DNA of 64,000 nucleotides from Octopus sinensis. Lineage: Eukaryota. Both the position numbers and the translations under genes were made by a program. Position 1 is the first letter of the stretch. Each line of letters begins with the position of its first letter. The notes below the pieces were generated by a model. It made no database searches. It was not told the origin of the DNA and worked only from the letters and a program-made list of their open reading frames with translations. Positions 52,461 through 64,000 of the stretch are shown one piece after another. The stretch lies in the NCBI RefSeq assembly GCF_006345805.1, contig NC_043010.1:52700001-52764000 (forward strand), written 5' to 3'.

Positions 52461-52699
52461 ATATTAGAAGAAATGAGGTACTCAGAAATCTGGATGGTTT
52501 TATATTTACAGATATTTATAAGTATGTTACATGTTTTTATAAATCATATATCATATATTAGCGCTTTCGTCCACTGTAGTGGAGTTTTCAAATTGAACTT
52601 TTGCAGGAATTTGGTCTCATTTTATAGTATTATTGAGTGTGTAGGGGTGGGGAGAGATATAAGATAGTACAAGAGGGTGAGCAATGGGGAGAAAGTGAG

Positions 52700-53189
52700 A
52701 GAAAGTGCGCATGTGTGTGTGTATGTATGTGTGTGTGTATGTATGTGTGTGTGTTTGTATCTGAAACAAGTGTTAAAGAAATAGAGAAGGAAAGGAATAA
52801 GAAGGAGAGAAAGAAGAAAAAATTTGTTGATATCTTTGCAGCTGGTCACTCCAAAGGGGGGAAAATGTCACTTTTCAAAAAAATTGTATGGATTTCCTTT
52901 TTATCGTTGCCTTGTGAGTGTGTGTGTATGTGTGTGTGTGTGTGTGTGTATCTATGTGCATGCACGTGTGTGGGTGTCTGTGTATCTGAAAGAAGTGTCA
53001 AATGGGAAAGGGGAATGAAAGGAAGGAGGAGGAGAGAAAGAAGAAAAAAATGTGTTAACATTTTTGCAGCTGGTCAGTCTTTCAATAGTAAATGATTCTT
53101 GGCTTTTAGAAATGGCAAACCCAGCTGGTCACTTCAAGGGGGGCAAAATGTCACTTCTCAAAAAATTGTCTGGATTTCCTTTATCATTG

Positions 53190-53264
<75 letters not shown>

Positions 53265-53345
53265 TGTGCGTGTGTGTGTGTGTGCATGTGTGTGTATGCG
53301 TGCATGTGTGTGTGGGTGCCTGTGTATCTGAAAGAGGTGTCGAAG
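52700..53345. repeat. Local tandem duplication, about 230-340-bp units
   Basis: gtatctgaaa...gtgt recurs near 52757, 52983 and 53323; cagctggtcact...aaatgtcactt..caaaaaa recurs twice in full, plus a third cagctggtca. Confidence 0.75.
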
Positions 53346-55644
53346 GAGTGTCAGCACAATTATTTCTTCTTCCTCTCTTTCTTCTTTCTTCTCTTCTCTC
53401 ACACACACACATATCTACACGAGTATGCAAATATATATTGTCAAGTTATAGCAGAATAAAAAGATAGATGGTGAAAGAAGCGAGCGGGTACAGATTGAGA
53501 GAGAAGAGTGTAATGGATAGAGAAAGAAAGGCTATCAAAGCCATACCTCACCAAACATACTTCTGTGGACCTATATACACACACACACACATGCTTACAT
53601 AAGCACATATTCACAAGTATGGTAAAGAAGAAAAGACGGAGAATGTAGCACCAAATACTTATCATCTCTCTCTCTCTCTCTCTCTCTTTTACTTGTTTCA
53701 GTCATTTGACTGCGGCCATGCTGGAGCACCGCCTTTAGTCAAGGAAATCAACCCTGGGACTTATTCTTTGTAAGCCCAGTACTTATTCTATCAGTCTCTT
53801 TTGCCGAACCGCTAAGTAACGGGGATGTAAACACACCAGCATCGGTTGTCAAGCAATGCTAAGGGGACAAATACATACACACAAACATACACACACACAC
53901 ACACACTTACATATATATATACATATATACAATGGGCTTCTTTGAGTTTCCATCTACCAAATACACTCACAAGGCATTGGTTGGCCCGAGGCTATAGCAG
54001 AAGACACTTGCCCATGATGCCATGTAGTGGGACTGAACCTGGAACCATGTGGTTGGTAAGCAAGCTATTTACACATTTTGTATAATTTCTCCATTATATA
54101 TATATATATCGGGAGAATTCACAAAAAAAAACCAAACAAAAGACGAAGAGAGGTGGTGTAGAAAACAAACAGATGTATTAGTATAATGCTCAGAAGTGAA
54201 AAAGTTTTTAACGTTTCAAGCCTATGCTCTTCCACAGAAAGGAACACAGAAAGAAACAAGGAGAGAAAATAAGGAATGTGTAGTGGCTAGTGATCTATCA
54301 TGGCAATATATATATATATATATATATATATCACTGACTGTATTGACCAGACTATCAGATATTGTTACACACTGCTTTTCACAATGTGCTTTCTTGCAGT
54401 GCTTTTCAGCTTCTGAAGAATGCCACCTCATCAGCTAGGCGGGCAGGCCAATGTCTCCCATTGAATAATAGAACACCAAACACCAGTCCGTCATAGGGTC
54501 ACTCATTTACAGGTGAGTAGACAGGAGCAAAATAAAATAACGTTTTTGCCCAAGAACACAATTCACCACCAAACTGAGAATTGGAACTGCGATCTTGAAA
54601 TTACAAGTGTGACAGACCATAGACCATCACTAGTTTCCTTAAACCCTGCTATTTACTACAAAGAGTAACCTACTACTGTTGTGTAAAAATGGTGCAGCAG
54701 AAGAGGTAGTTCGGTGCACTGCAGATATTTACAAATATAATTATATAATTTAAGGTTTAAGAAAATCCATATTAATGCTCAGGCATCTTGAAAACTGTGT
54801 TATTCATTATTTTGCTGTACAGAAATATTGATTAATGTAATAAAGGTATGTAATAGTTTTATATATCTTCTATCTTTTTAACCTTTTTACTTGTTTCAGT
54901 CATTTGACTGTGGCCATGCTGGAGCAAATCAACCCCGGGACTTATTCTTTGTAAGCCTAGTACTTATTCAATTGGTCTCTTTTGCTGAACCACTAAGTTT
55001 TGGGGACGTAAACACACCAGCATCAGTTGTCAAGCGATGTTGGGTGACAAACACAGACACACAAACATATACACACACATACATATATATAAACATATAT
55101 ACGACAGGCTTCTTTCAGTTTCCGTCTACCAAGTCCACTCACAAGGCTTTGGTCAGCCTGAGGCTATAGTAGAACACACTTGCCTAAGGTACCACGCAGT
55201 GGGACTGAACCCAGAACCATGTGGTTCGTAAGCAAGCTACTTACCACCTCAGCCACTTTTATGTATGTTTTATGTTTTACTTGCTTCAGTTATTAAACTG
55301 TGGCCATGCTAGGGCACTGCCTTAGAGGGTTTTAGGTGAATTAATTGGCCCTGGTTTTTATTTTTTAAAACTGGTACTTATTCTATCAGACTCTTTTGGA
55401 CTCATTTTCTGAACCGCAAACCTACAGGGATGGAAACAAACTATCACCTGTTGCCAAGCAATGGCATAAAGACAAACATCGATATACACACATACGCACA
55501 AACACAAACACACACATGTATATATGCATCTTGGCTGGTACCTGTTTCATCCTTGATGCCTGTCCCCAGAAGAATGAAATCAAAAGTTAAATCTGTTGTG
55601 ATTTGAACACCAAACATAAAATGATGTAACTAAATACTCTGAAT

Positions 55645-55863
55645 CAGTGCTTTTCAAACTTTTTGCTGGAGCGGAACCCCAAGCAAACATTCCACTGGCT
55701 CAAGGAACCCCTGTGCAATAATTTAATAGTCTTATGCACACATATATGCACAGGAGAATTAAAAATTACAGCCGATTTTAGCATTTTTGTAACTTCTTGC
55801 GGAACCCCTGGACTGTACTGGCAGAACCCTAAGGTTCCGCGGAACCCTGGTTGAAAACCACTG
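55645..55863. mobile_element. hAT-superfamily MITE
   Basis: TIRs CAGTGCTTTTCAAAC / GTTGAAAACCACTG; perfect 8-bp TSD CTCTGAAT on both sides. Confidence 0.9.
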
Positions 55864-56062
55864 CTCTGAATTAACATGAGATTTCACCATTGTGTTTGTT
55901 TTCATCTTTGTCTCTTGTCCATTTGCTGTTTGTATCATCTCAAAAATTATTTTATTTTTTAATGTATATTTATTTCATTATTGTTTGTATATTCACTTTT
56001 CTGTAATGTTCGATCCCTTGTTTCTTTGCTTGCTGTTTCCCAGCAGCTGCTTGTCGCTGACA

Positions 56063-56076
56063 CCACCAGAGGGGGG
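56063..56076 (+). promoter_or_regulatory. CTCF-like motif
   Basis: CCACCAGAGGGGGG matches CCASYAGRKGGCRS at 13 of 14 positions; GCAGCTGC E-box about 15 bp upstream. Confidence 0.3.
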
Positions 56077-56806
56077 AGTAATATTATCGTTAAAGGAGTG
56101 AAATTGCTACAATCCTTTGGATGATATCGGAAGAGGATTTAGCAACATCCTATGCGTGTATTTCCCATTTGTTTGTACTTCTATGTATAATTTCTGAATA
56201 TATACACACACACAAACACATGTATGTGTGTGTGTGTGTGCACCTGTGTGTATGCATGTGTGTATGTGTCGTTATGTTTGTGCATGTTCATGCTCCCGTT
56301 GCTTAGCAGTCATATACACATGACACACACAAATGCACACACACACACCAATCTATCATATATGCACACATATCATACTCACATGAAGCAAGCATGTATA
56401 TCCATGTGCTGAACAGTTATCCAATACAAACACAAATATCTCCACACACACACAAACACAGACATATATATGCAAATATATACCTATATGTATTCATACA
56501 TCAACACACTTACACACACACGTATGCAAATCTTTGCAATTATTTCGATTCAAACAAAGAAGCCACGTTGCTTTGTTTGCAACTGGCTTGAATTCAGTGA
56601 GAAAAGGATTTATATAAATCTTCAAGAAAACATACATATATATTCTCTTTGGATCAAAATACAGCTCGCTAACTCTCTAAACAAGATCAGTATAGTGAAG
56701 TAGCTTTAAATGTTTAAATTCTCTCTAATATTTATTCTGGTGCCATGCAGCAGAGAATGTGTGATGTATTCTAGAGCATTCATTCTGCAACAAGACAATA
56801 CATATA

Positions 56807-56873
<67 letters not shown>

Positions 56874-56902
56874 GTATGTGTATATATTATATGTATATAT
56901 AT

Positions 56903-56936
<34 letters not shown>

Positions 56937-56938
56937 AT

Positions 56939-56969
<31 letters not shown>

Positions 56970-59324
56970 AGATAAAACTTACTTGGAAATGGATGCGTGG
57001 CGTTCAATCCTATACTTTTTTACTTGTTTCAGTCATTTGACTGTGGCCATGTTGGAGCACCGCCTTTAGTTGAGCAAATCGACCCCAGGACTTATTGTTT
57101 GTAAGCCTAGTACTTATTCTATCAATCTCTTTTGCCGAACAGCTAAGTTACCAGGACGTAAACACACCAGCATCGATTGTCAAGCGATGTTGGGGGGACA
57201 AACACAGACACACAAACATATACACACACATACATTTATATATTATTACATACATATATACGACAGGCTTCTTTCAGTTTCCATCTACCAAATCCACTCA
57301 CAAGGCTTTGGTCAGCCCGAGGCTATAGTAGAAGACACTTGCCCAAGGTGTCGCGCAGTGAGAATGAACCCGGAACCATGTGGTTCGTAAGCAAGCTACT
57401 TACCACACAGCCACTCCTATACCTACGATATCATTAAGATTGTTTAAAATACACAAACACACACACATGAAACACATGATCATTGACCAACCAGACTATC
57501 AGATGCTACACATCGCTGCTCACAATGCATGTTGCATCCTATTAGCCTTCAAATGACGCCACCCTGCTAGCTAGGCAAGTAGGTCATCCATCATGCGTGT
57601 GTACCGTTGGCGATTTTTTTTCCTCTGTCTTCCCTTCTCTGGATCTTTCCTTTTCCTATGTATCTGACAAAGAGCTCCGCTCGAAACGTAAAACCCTTCT
57701 TCTTCCCTTCCTTCCTGAGCGTCCAATAATACTATATTTGTTCCATGTCCTCGCGTTGTGTTTTCTCTTTGTGTTTTCATGTTTGGATTAACTTTATATA
57801 TATGTGTGTGTATGTTCATATATTTATATTTTTTTGTGTGATTAAGAAATCTGCTTTGCAACCACATGGTTTCAGTTTCAGTTCCACAGTACAGTACCTC
57901 AGGCAAGTGCTTTCTACTACAGCCCCAGGCTAACCAATGCCTTGTGAGTGAATTTGGTTGATGGAAACTCTGTAGAAGCCTATTGTGTGTGTGTGTGTGT
58001 GTTTGTGTTTGTTTTTTCACCACCACTTAAAAACTAGTGTTTGTTTACATCCCCATAACTTAGAGGTTTGACAAGAAGACTCATGTCTAGAAACTGTGGT
58101 TTCTTGACACGAGTGGTCCTGCTTTGAAAAAACCTCATGACAATAGCAAAGAAGCGTGGGTACCCACGAGCCCAGAAAGGAAGGTATAAACCCTCATCCT
58201 GGGTTGCGCAAGCATGACTTGTCTTATGATGGCCTACGGTCTGAGGAGAAGCTTGGGGTGAGGTTGGGAACCAGGCAGGATGGCGAGATGGTGTGAGAGC
58301 GGTTGCTGTAAGTGTGCGGTAGGTTTGGCCATCCCCGTTAATGGGACAAACCCAGATTTAAAATATTGGAACTCAAATACATAAAGGCAATGAGCTGGCA
58401 GAATTGTTACCAAGCCAGGCCAAATTCTAGTGCCACTTTGCTTGTCTTAATATTCTGAGTTCAAATTCTGCTGCAGTTGACTATACTTTTTGTCCTTTTA
58501 GGGTCAATAAAATAAGAAAACAGTTGTGCATGGGTTGATATAATCAACTTAACCCATACCCCTGAAATTGCTGGTCTTTTGTCAAAATTTGAAATCAATA
58601 TTCACATATATACTCATATATATGCTGAGATCCCCTTTGGTCTTGACTGACCATGGGATTGCACCAAGAAAGTTACCCTCCCAGGCGCAAGTCCGGGCAA
58701 AGCTGTTTATGGAAGACCAGTAGTCGCCCATGCATACCAGCCTCACCTCTCTACACCACTAGTGTTATCCATCCAAGGGAAAGGCAAAGGCCGATGCAGC
58801 TTGGCACCTGTGACGTTGCAACTCATTTCTATAGCTGAGTGAACTGGAGCAATGTGAAATAAAGTGTCTTGCTCAAGAACACACAACAACCTCACATTTG
58901 TAAGCTCGACGCTCTAACCACTGAGCCATGTGCCTTCATATATATATATACATATATATATATGTGCCGGTGGCATGTGAAAAACAACATTCGAGCGTGG
59001 TCGTTGCCAGTGCTGCTGGACTGGCTCCCATGCAGGTAGCACGTAGAAAACACCTTTTGAGTGTGGTCTTTGCCAGAACTGCCTAACTGGCCCTCATGCT
59101 GGCCTCACGTAAAAGCACCCACTACACTCTCGGAGTGGTTGACGTTAGGAAGGGCAGCCAGCTGTAGAAACTTTGTCAGATCAGACTGGAGCCTGGTGCA
59201 GCTTCTGTCTCACCATTCCTCAGTCAAACTGTCCAACCCATGCCAGCATGGAAAGCGGACGTTAAACGCTGATGATGATGATATATACACATGTGCACGT
59301 ACATATATAATATATATATAAACA

Positions 59325-59772
59325 CAGGTTGTCGTTGACTTATGACCACAATTGGTTCCAACTGAGTTGATTTGGTTGTAAGTCAGCCTATAGGCCTACA
59401 TAGCTTTGTTTTATATTTTAAAATTTTAATTTACATTCTCAGGTAAAAGTCACACACAGAATTCTGTATTATAGTACAACAGTGTTATTTGTTTGGAGTC
59501 TGAAGCAGTTATCTTATAAACAAATATGAGGTTAGCTCGATGTCTCTGTGACAGGATATTCATCCAACACTTGGGATAACCACAGTGGTGATCGATAACC
59601 AAACCTAGGGTGGGCGTTTGTGAACTGATGTCATCCGTAAACGGGATAATTTCTAAGAAATTAAACCCATCAGGTTTCAACTGGACTATTTATAATTGCT
59701 GCCAGGGGCCGGCTTGCCAATTGTCATAAAGTTGATCGGTCGTCAGACAGGCCATAAGTTGATGACGACCTA
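59325..59772. mobile_element. pogo/Tigger-like Tc1-mariner MITE
   Basis: Degenerate TIRs CAGGTTGTCGTTGACTTATGAC / GCCATAAGTTGATGACGACCT in a TA-rich context. Confidence 0.65.
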
Positions 59773-59793
59773 TATATATATATATATATATAT

Positions 59794-59877
59794 AGCTGAA
59801 AAGGTCTCAAATGACGGAAACCGGTACTGAAATGTTCTTTATAAAATTATTTTAGCATTTTCTATCTTGACTTGTTT

Positions 59878-59882
<5 letters not shown>
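59794..59882 (+). mobile_element. Solo 3'-end fragment of the same Penelope family inside a (TA)n array
   Basis: ctgaaaaggtctcaaatgacggaaaccggtactgaaatgttc...ttttagcattttcta matches 32060-32150. Confidence 0.8.
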
Positions 59883-59926
<44 letters not shown>

Positions 59927-61037
59927 TAGACATATACTTATATATATATATATACACATGCATCCACACATATATTGAGAAAGAGAGAAAGAGATAGACA
60001 GAGAGATAGTGAAAGAGAGTAAAATTCTGGCATTGGCTTGTAAATGTGATATTCATAACACCATCACCACCATCTCCACCACCTACCTCTTGCTGCTTTT
60101 ATTATATATGCTGTGTTTATAACCAAAATACTTGAAACTTTCTCGTGGAGTAAGTAACAGCAGAAACTGACAGTCATGGTTCCTTCCTCTCCGTGGGAGT
60201 GAGGTTTGTTAATAAAATAGCAGACCATGTGGTAGAAGCATGAAATTACTTCACTTCAGCAGAAGCTGTGCCAGATGTGAATGTTAGAGACATCAGTTCT
60301 TGTGCCAGGTGTAACCCCTAGTCCATAAATAATATTAATTAGTAAATTAATTTGTTGCACACTTTCTGATTAATTCATGCATAGAAAATCAATATCAGCA
60401 TTAATTAGTTGTTGTTTTAACCCCAGGTCTATCCTGATCGAGTAGGCCTATGATCAAAGGCATTCCAGCAAACAAACACATCATCTTTTCCAGGTAACTC
60501 AAAATTATATTCTACAAAACACACACACACGCATGTATGCTTTTCTAAGATGATATAGGTGTAATTTGAGAGATGAGATTTGGTATCTATTTCTAGCGAA
60601 TGAAACAACCATGTAAAGGCCACCTCACTGATCTCGTTAATTAATGTACCAGGGGAGAAATGGGAGGGTAGTACTGAAAATGTCATTCAGCATTTACCTT
60701 ACAACTAACTAACACAGGTGCAAGTATGAATGTATGGTTAAGAAGTTCACTTCCCAACTATGTGGTTCTGGGTTCAGTCCAAATGTGTGGTACCTGGGTC
60801 ATGTGTCTTCTACTTATAGCTCAGGTTAAACTAAAGCAGTGTGTGTATATGGTAACTGGAAACCGACAGAAACTCATTATATATTTACATACACACTCAC
60901 ATGCATATACATACATAAATACTTACATGTATGTGTACGTGTGTGTGTGTGTGTTTGTATGTGTGTGCGTGTATATATATATATATACATATAAATCAAT
61001 AAATGGTGGGGTTGTGTTGACTGCACGTGGAGAAATG

Positions 61038-61220
61038 ATAGGCAAGGAAAAATTATAAAAAGGCAGAATGCTAAATTGAAGGTAAATTTTAATGAAAATG
61101 GGTGTATGGAAAATTTTAAAATATTTAAAAAAAAGTTTTTAAAATTTTCCATACACCCATTTTCATTAAAATTTACCTTCAATTTAGCATTCTGCCTTTT
61201 TATAATTTTTCCTTGCCTAT
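61038..61220. repeat. Perfect palindrome, 84-bp arms, 15-nt loop
   Basis: 61038-61121 is the exact reverse complement of 61137-61220 (checked by eye). Confidence 0.9.
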
Positions 61221-61228
61221 ATATATAT

Positions 61229-61272
<44 letters not shown>

Positions 61273-61689
61273 TCTTTTACTCTTTTACTTGTTTCAGTCA
61301 TTTGACTGTGGCCATGCTGGAGCACTGCCTTTAGTCGACCAAATCGACCCCACCAGACTTATTCTAGTACTTATTCTATCGTCACTGTTATCTCTGAACT
61401 GTTATAATATCAAACATCCCTGATGTTCTCTTATTACTTCCCAACTGTGTATCCTCAACAAGCACTCCAGAATATGTCTATTCAATAATTCCTACGACCT
61501 GTACACTACGACTGTGCATATGATAATCTTCTCAGACTGTGCTGTGCATGCTCATTTATACTAACTGGTATAGTTCACTTAGCCAGTCACAGAGGGGATG
61601 TGTGTACAAATTCCCCATACAACATTTGCTTGATGCGATACGGAATGGTTTAGAGAGGAGAGATGTTGAGTTGAAGTGACAGGAATACT

Positions 61690-62105
61690 ATTTCTTATTT
61701 CTTTATTTCCCACAAGGGGCTACACACAGAGGGAACAAACAAGGCCAGACAAATGGATTAAGTCGATTATATCGACCCCAGTGTGTAACTGGTACTTATT
61801 TAATTGACCCCCGAAAGGATGAAAGGCAAAGTCGACCTTGGTGGAATTTGAACTCAGAACGTAATGGCAGATGAAATACCTATTTCTTTACTACCCACAA
61901 GGGACTAAACACAGAGAGGACAAACAAGGACAGACAAATGGATTAAGTCGATTATATCGACCCCAGTGTGTAACTGGTACTTATTTAATTGACCCCGAAA
62001 GGATGAAATGCAAAGTCGATCTCGGCGGAATTTGAACTCAGAACGTCGTGGCAGATGAAATACCGCTAAGCCTTTTGCCCGACGTGCTAACGTTTCTGCC
62101 AGCTT
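61690..62105 (-). mobile_element. Tandem dimer of SINE family C
   Basis: About 185-bp unit repeated head to tail (61696-61880, 61881-62060). Confidence 0.8.
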
Positions 62106-62575
62106 GCAGTCTTAGAAATACTATTTCTTGATAATTGGATATAATCACTAATTTTCCAGAGCGACTTAGGTTGGTCTGAGTCAGTATAATAACATCCAGA
62201 AAAATGGGGTCAGCTCAATCAGTTTATGCTCTGAAAGGAGGCCATAATTAACCCTTTTTGTACCATATTTCCACTGCCATTTGTTTCAGTTAATTTTGAA
62301 AAAAACAAAGAATTTAGTATCTTCATTTTTTTAACTAGCTTTAGTTATTGGATTATGGCCATGCTGGGGCACCACCTTGAAGAACTTTTTTTGTTGAATA
62401 TATACTGACTTCAATTTTTATCTCTTTTTTGTTCTTTTTGTTCAAGCCTGGTACATACTACATCGCTCCTTTGTGCCAAACCATTAAGTTATGGGAACTT
62501 AAACAGACCAGCACCAGTACTCAACAGTGTGGAGGGACAAACACAGACATAAAATCACACACACACACACATACG

Positions 62576-62638
<63 letters not shown>

Positions 62639-62941
62639 TGGGCTTCTTTCAGTTTCCGTCTACCAAATCCATTCACAAAGCTTCGGTCGGCCTGAGGCTA
62701 TAGTAGAAGACACTTGCCCAAGGTGCCACACATGTCATTCGTTAGCAAGCTACTTACCACACAGCCACTCCTGTGCCTATAAAATTATTTACATTATTTA
62801 CATCTCTTAAAGGGCATCCAACTGTAAAAATCCTGTCAAATCAGTCACAGAAGCCTGACTGGCTCCTGTCAAACCATACCACCCACATCAGCATGGAAGG
62901 TGGACGTTAAACAGTGATGAAGAATGGAGAAAATCACATCT

Positions 62942-63082
62942 TTGACGATTACACCATACACTTACCAACAGTCATTTCCATTCTGCCAGCATATGTAGAT
63001 ACCAAATACCAGTCAAACTGGTATATCTGTAACTTTATACCAATGCAATGTTATTGTCAGTAATGTATGGTGTAATCGTCAA
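62942..63082. repeat. Small element with 19-bp TIR and an internal hairpin
   Basis: TTGACGATTACACCATACA / TGTATGGTGTAATCGTCAA; internal ATACCAGT-caa-ACTGGTAT. Confidence 0.7.
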
Positions 63083-63815
63083 TTAAAAATGTGATTTTCT
63101 CCACCCTTCTTCATGTTATATTCTCTGAATTTCTGAAAATTCTTCTGAGTGATATTTGGATTAACTTATCATACAAGAGGAATTACCTTGGATGTTAATT
63201 CCATCTGAATTCATTCGTATCTGATTGTTTGATGTAGATAACGAAATTCGCTTAATACCTGAATGCCTTTGAGATATCTGCCTTAATTTATTAATCCCTT
63301 CCACCTCTTCTTATATACATGCATACATACAGATACACTTACAACAAAACAAGGAATTGGAGATTTCTTGCTAAGATTTATTCACCATTACACATGTTTC
63401 ATTTCCTAATAGAAATTACAAAGTTTTACATGTTAATAGACATATAAGGAATTCCCAATTAGAAATTAAATAATACACTAACTACCTACATAACAGACAC
63501 ACACACACACACACACACACAAAAGAAAATTTATAAAATAGAAATGTAATGTCGATATAATTTATTATCTGCAAAAGTCCAATGTATTCTCTTACAGCTG
63601 TTTCAATTTAGCCTAAAAGATTAAATTAAAATAATTAAATCTCTGTATTAAGCAAAATCGCATCAGAAGGGTAGAAGAGATACTCTGTTTTCAAATCCTC
63701 TTAGCAGACTCAAAATAATAAGCAATGAACCAGTAATTCATGGGATATTACTATCTCTTAATGAAGCTATTTTTAACCTCTAATTGAAAGTATATATATA
63801 TATATATGTGTGTGT

Positions 63816-64000
63816 GGAGGCGCAATGGCCTAGTGGTTAGGGCAGCGGACTCGCGGTTGCAGGATCGCGGATTCGATTCCCAGACCAGGCGTTGTGAGTG
63901 TTTATTGAGCGAAAACACCTAAAAGCTCCACGAGGCTCCGGCAGGGGGTGGTGTACTCTTTCACCACTCTTTCTTCTGTTGGCCTGCTCGCTTAGCCAGC
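63816..64000 (+). mobile_element. tRNA-derived SINE family D (truncated by the window end)
   Basis: A box tggcctagtgg and B box gattcgattcc, then gtttattgagcgaaaacacctaaaagctccacgag. Minus-strand copies at 4435-4665, 27995-28190, 43490-43685 and 45462-45760. Confidence 0.85.

Noticed and set aside
63816-63890. Possible tRNA gene
   Set aside because: Has A and B boxes but no proper acceptor stem or terminator, and continues into a SINE body seen in several copies.

Overview
AT-rich, microsatellite-saturated animal genomic DNA. By repeat content and 5S rRNA type it is most likely an octopus (inference). There are no prokaryotic genes and no CRISPR arrays. The window is almost entirely intronic and holds the 5' part of a Myt1/Myt1l/St18-family (C2HC zinc-finger) gene on the minus strand. 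The best supported exons are a 63-nt exon encoding CPTPGCSGQGHITGKHARHR (335-397) and a 22-nt microexon (4268-4289). Further candidate 5' exons lie at 5553-5610, 9561-9674, 14361-14490 and 50993-51076. Their splice phases cannot all be chained, which implies alternative N-termini. The introns contain at least four tRNA-type SINE families, many 5'-truncated RTE LINE ends, RTE-BovB-like and R4/Dong-like relics, several MITEs (hAT, piggyBac-type, pogo/Tigger-type, foldbacks), two dispersed 5S rRNA copies and a decayed Penelope-like element with inverted terminal repeats. The most unusual signals are four. (1) A minimal hammerhead ribozyme in the Penelope repeats with a compensatory U3:A8 core. 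(2) Further hammerhead-like motifs in short elements sitting in (TA)n arrays. (3) A 5S head fused to a SINE-type tail (SINE3-like). (4) A perfect 84-bp-arm palindrome. All calls were made by eye, without alignments or database searches. Nearly all ORFs in the supplied track are microsatellite artefacts.
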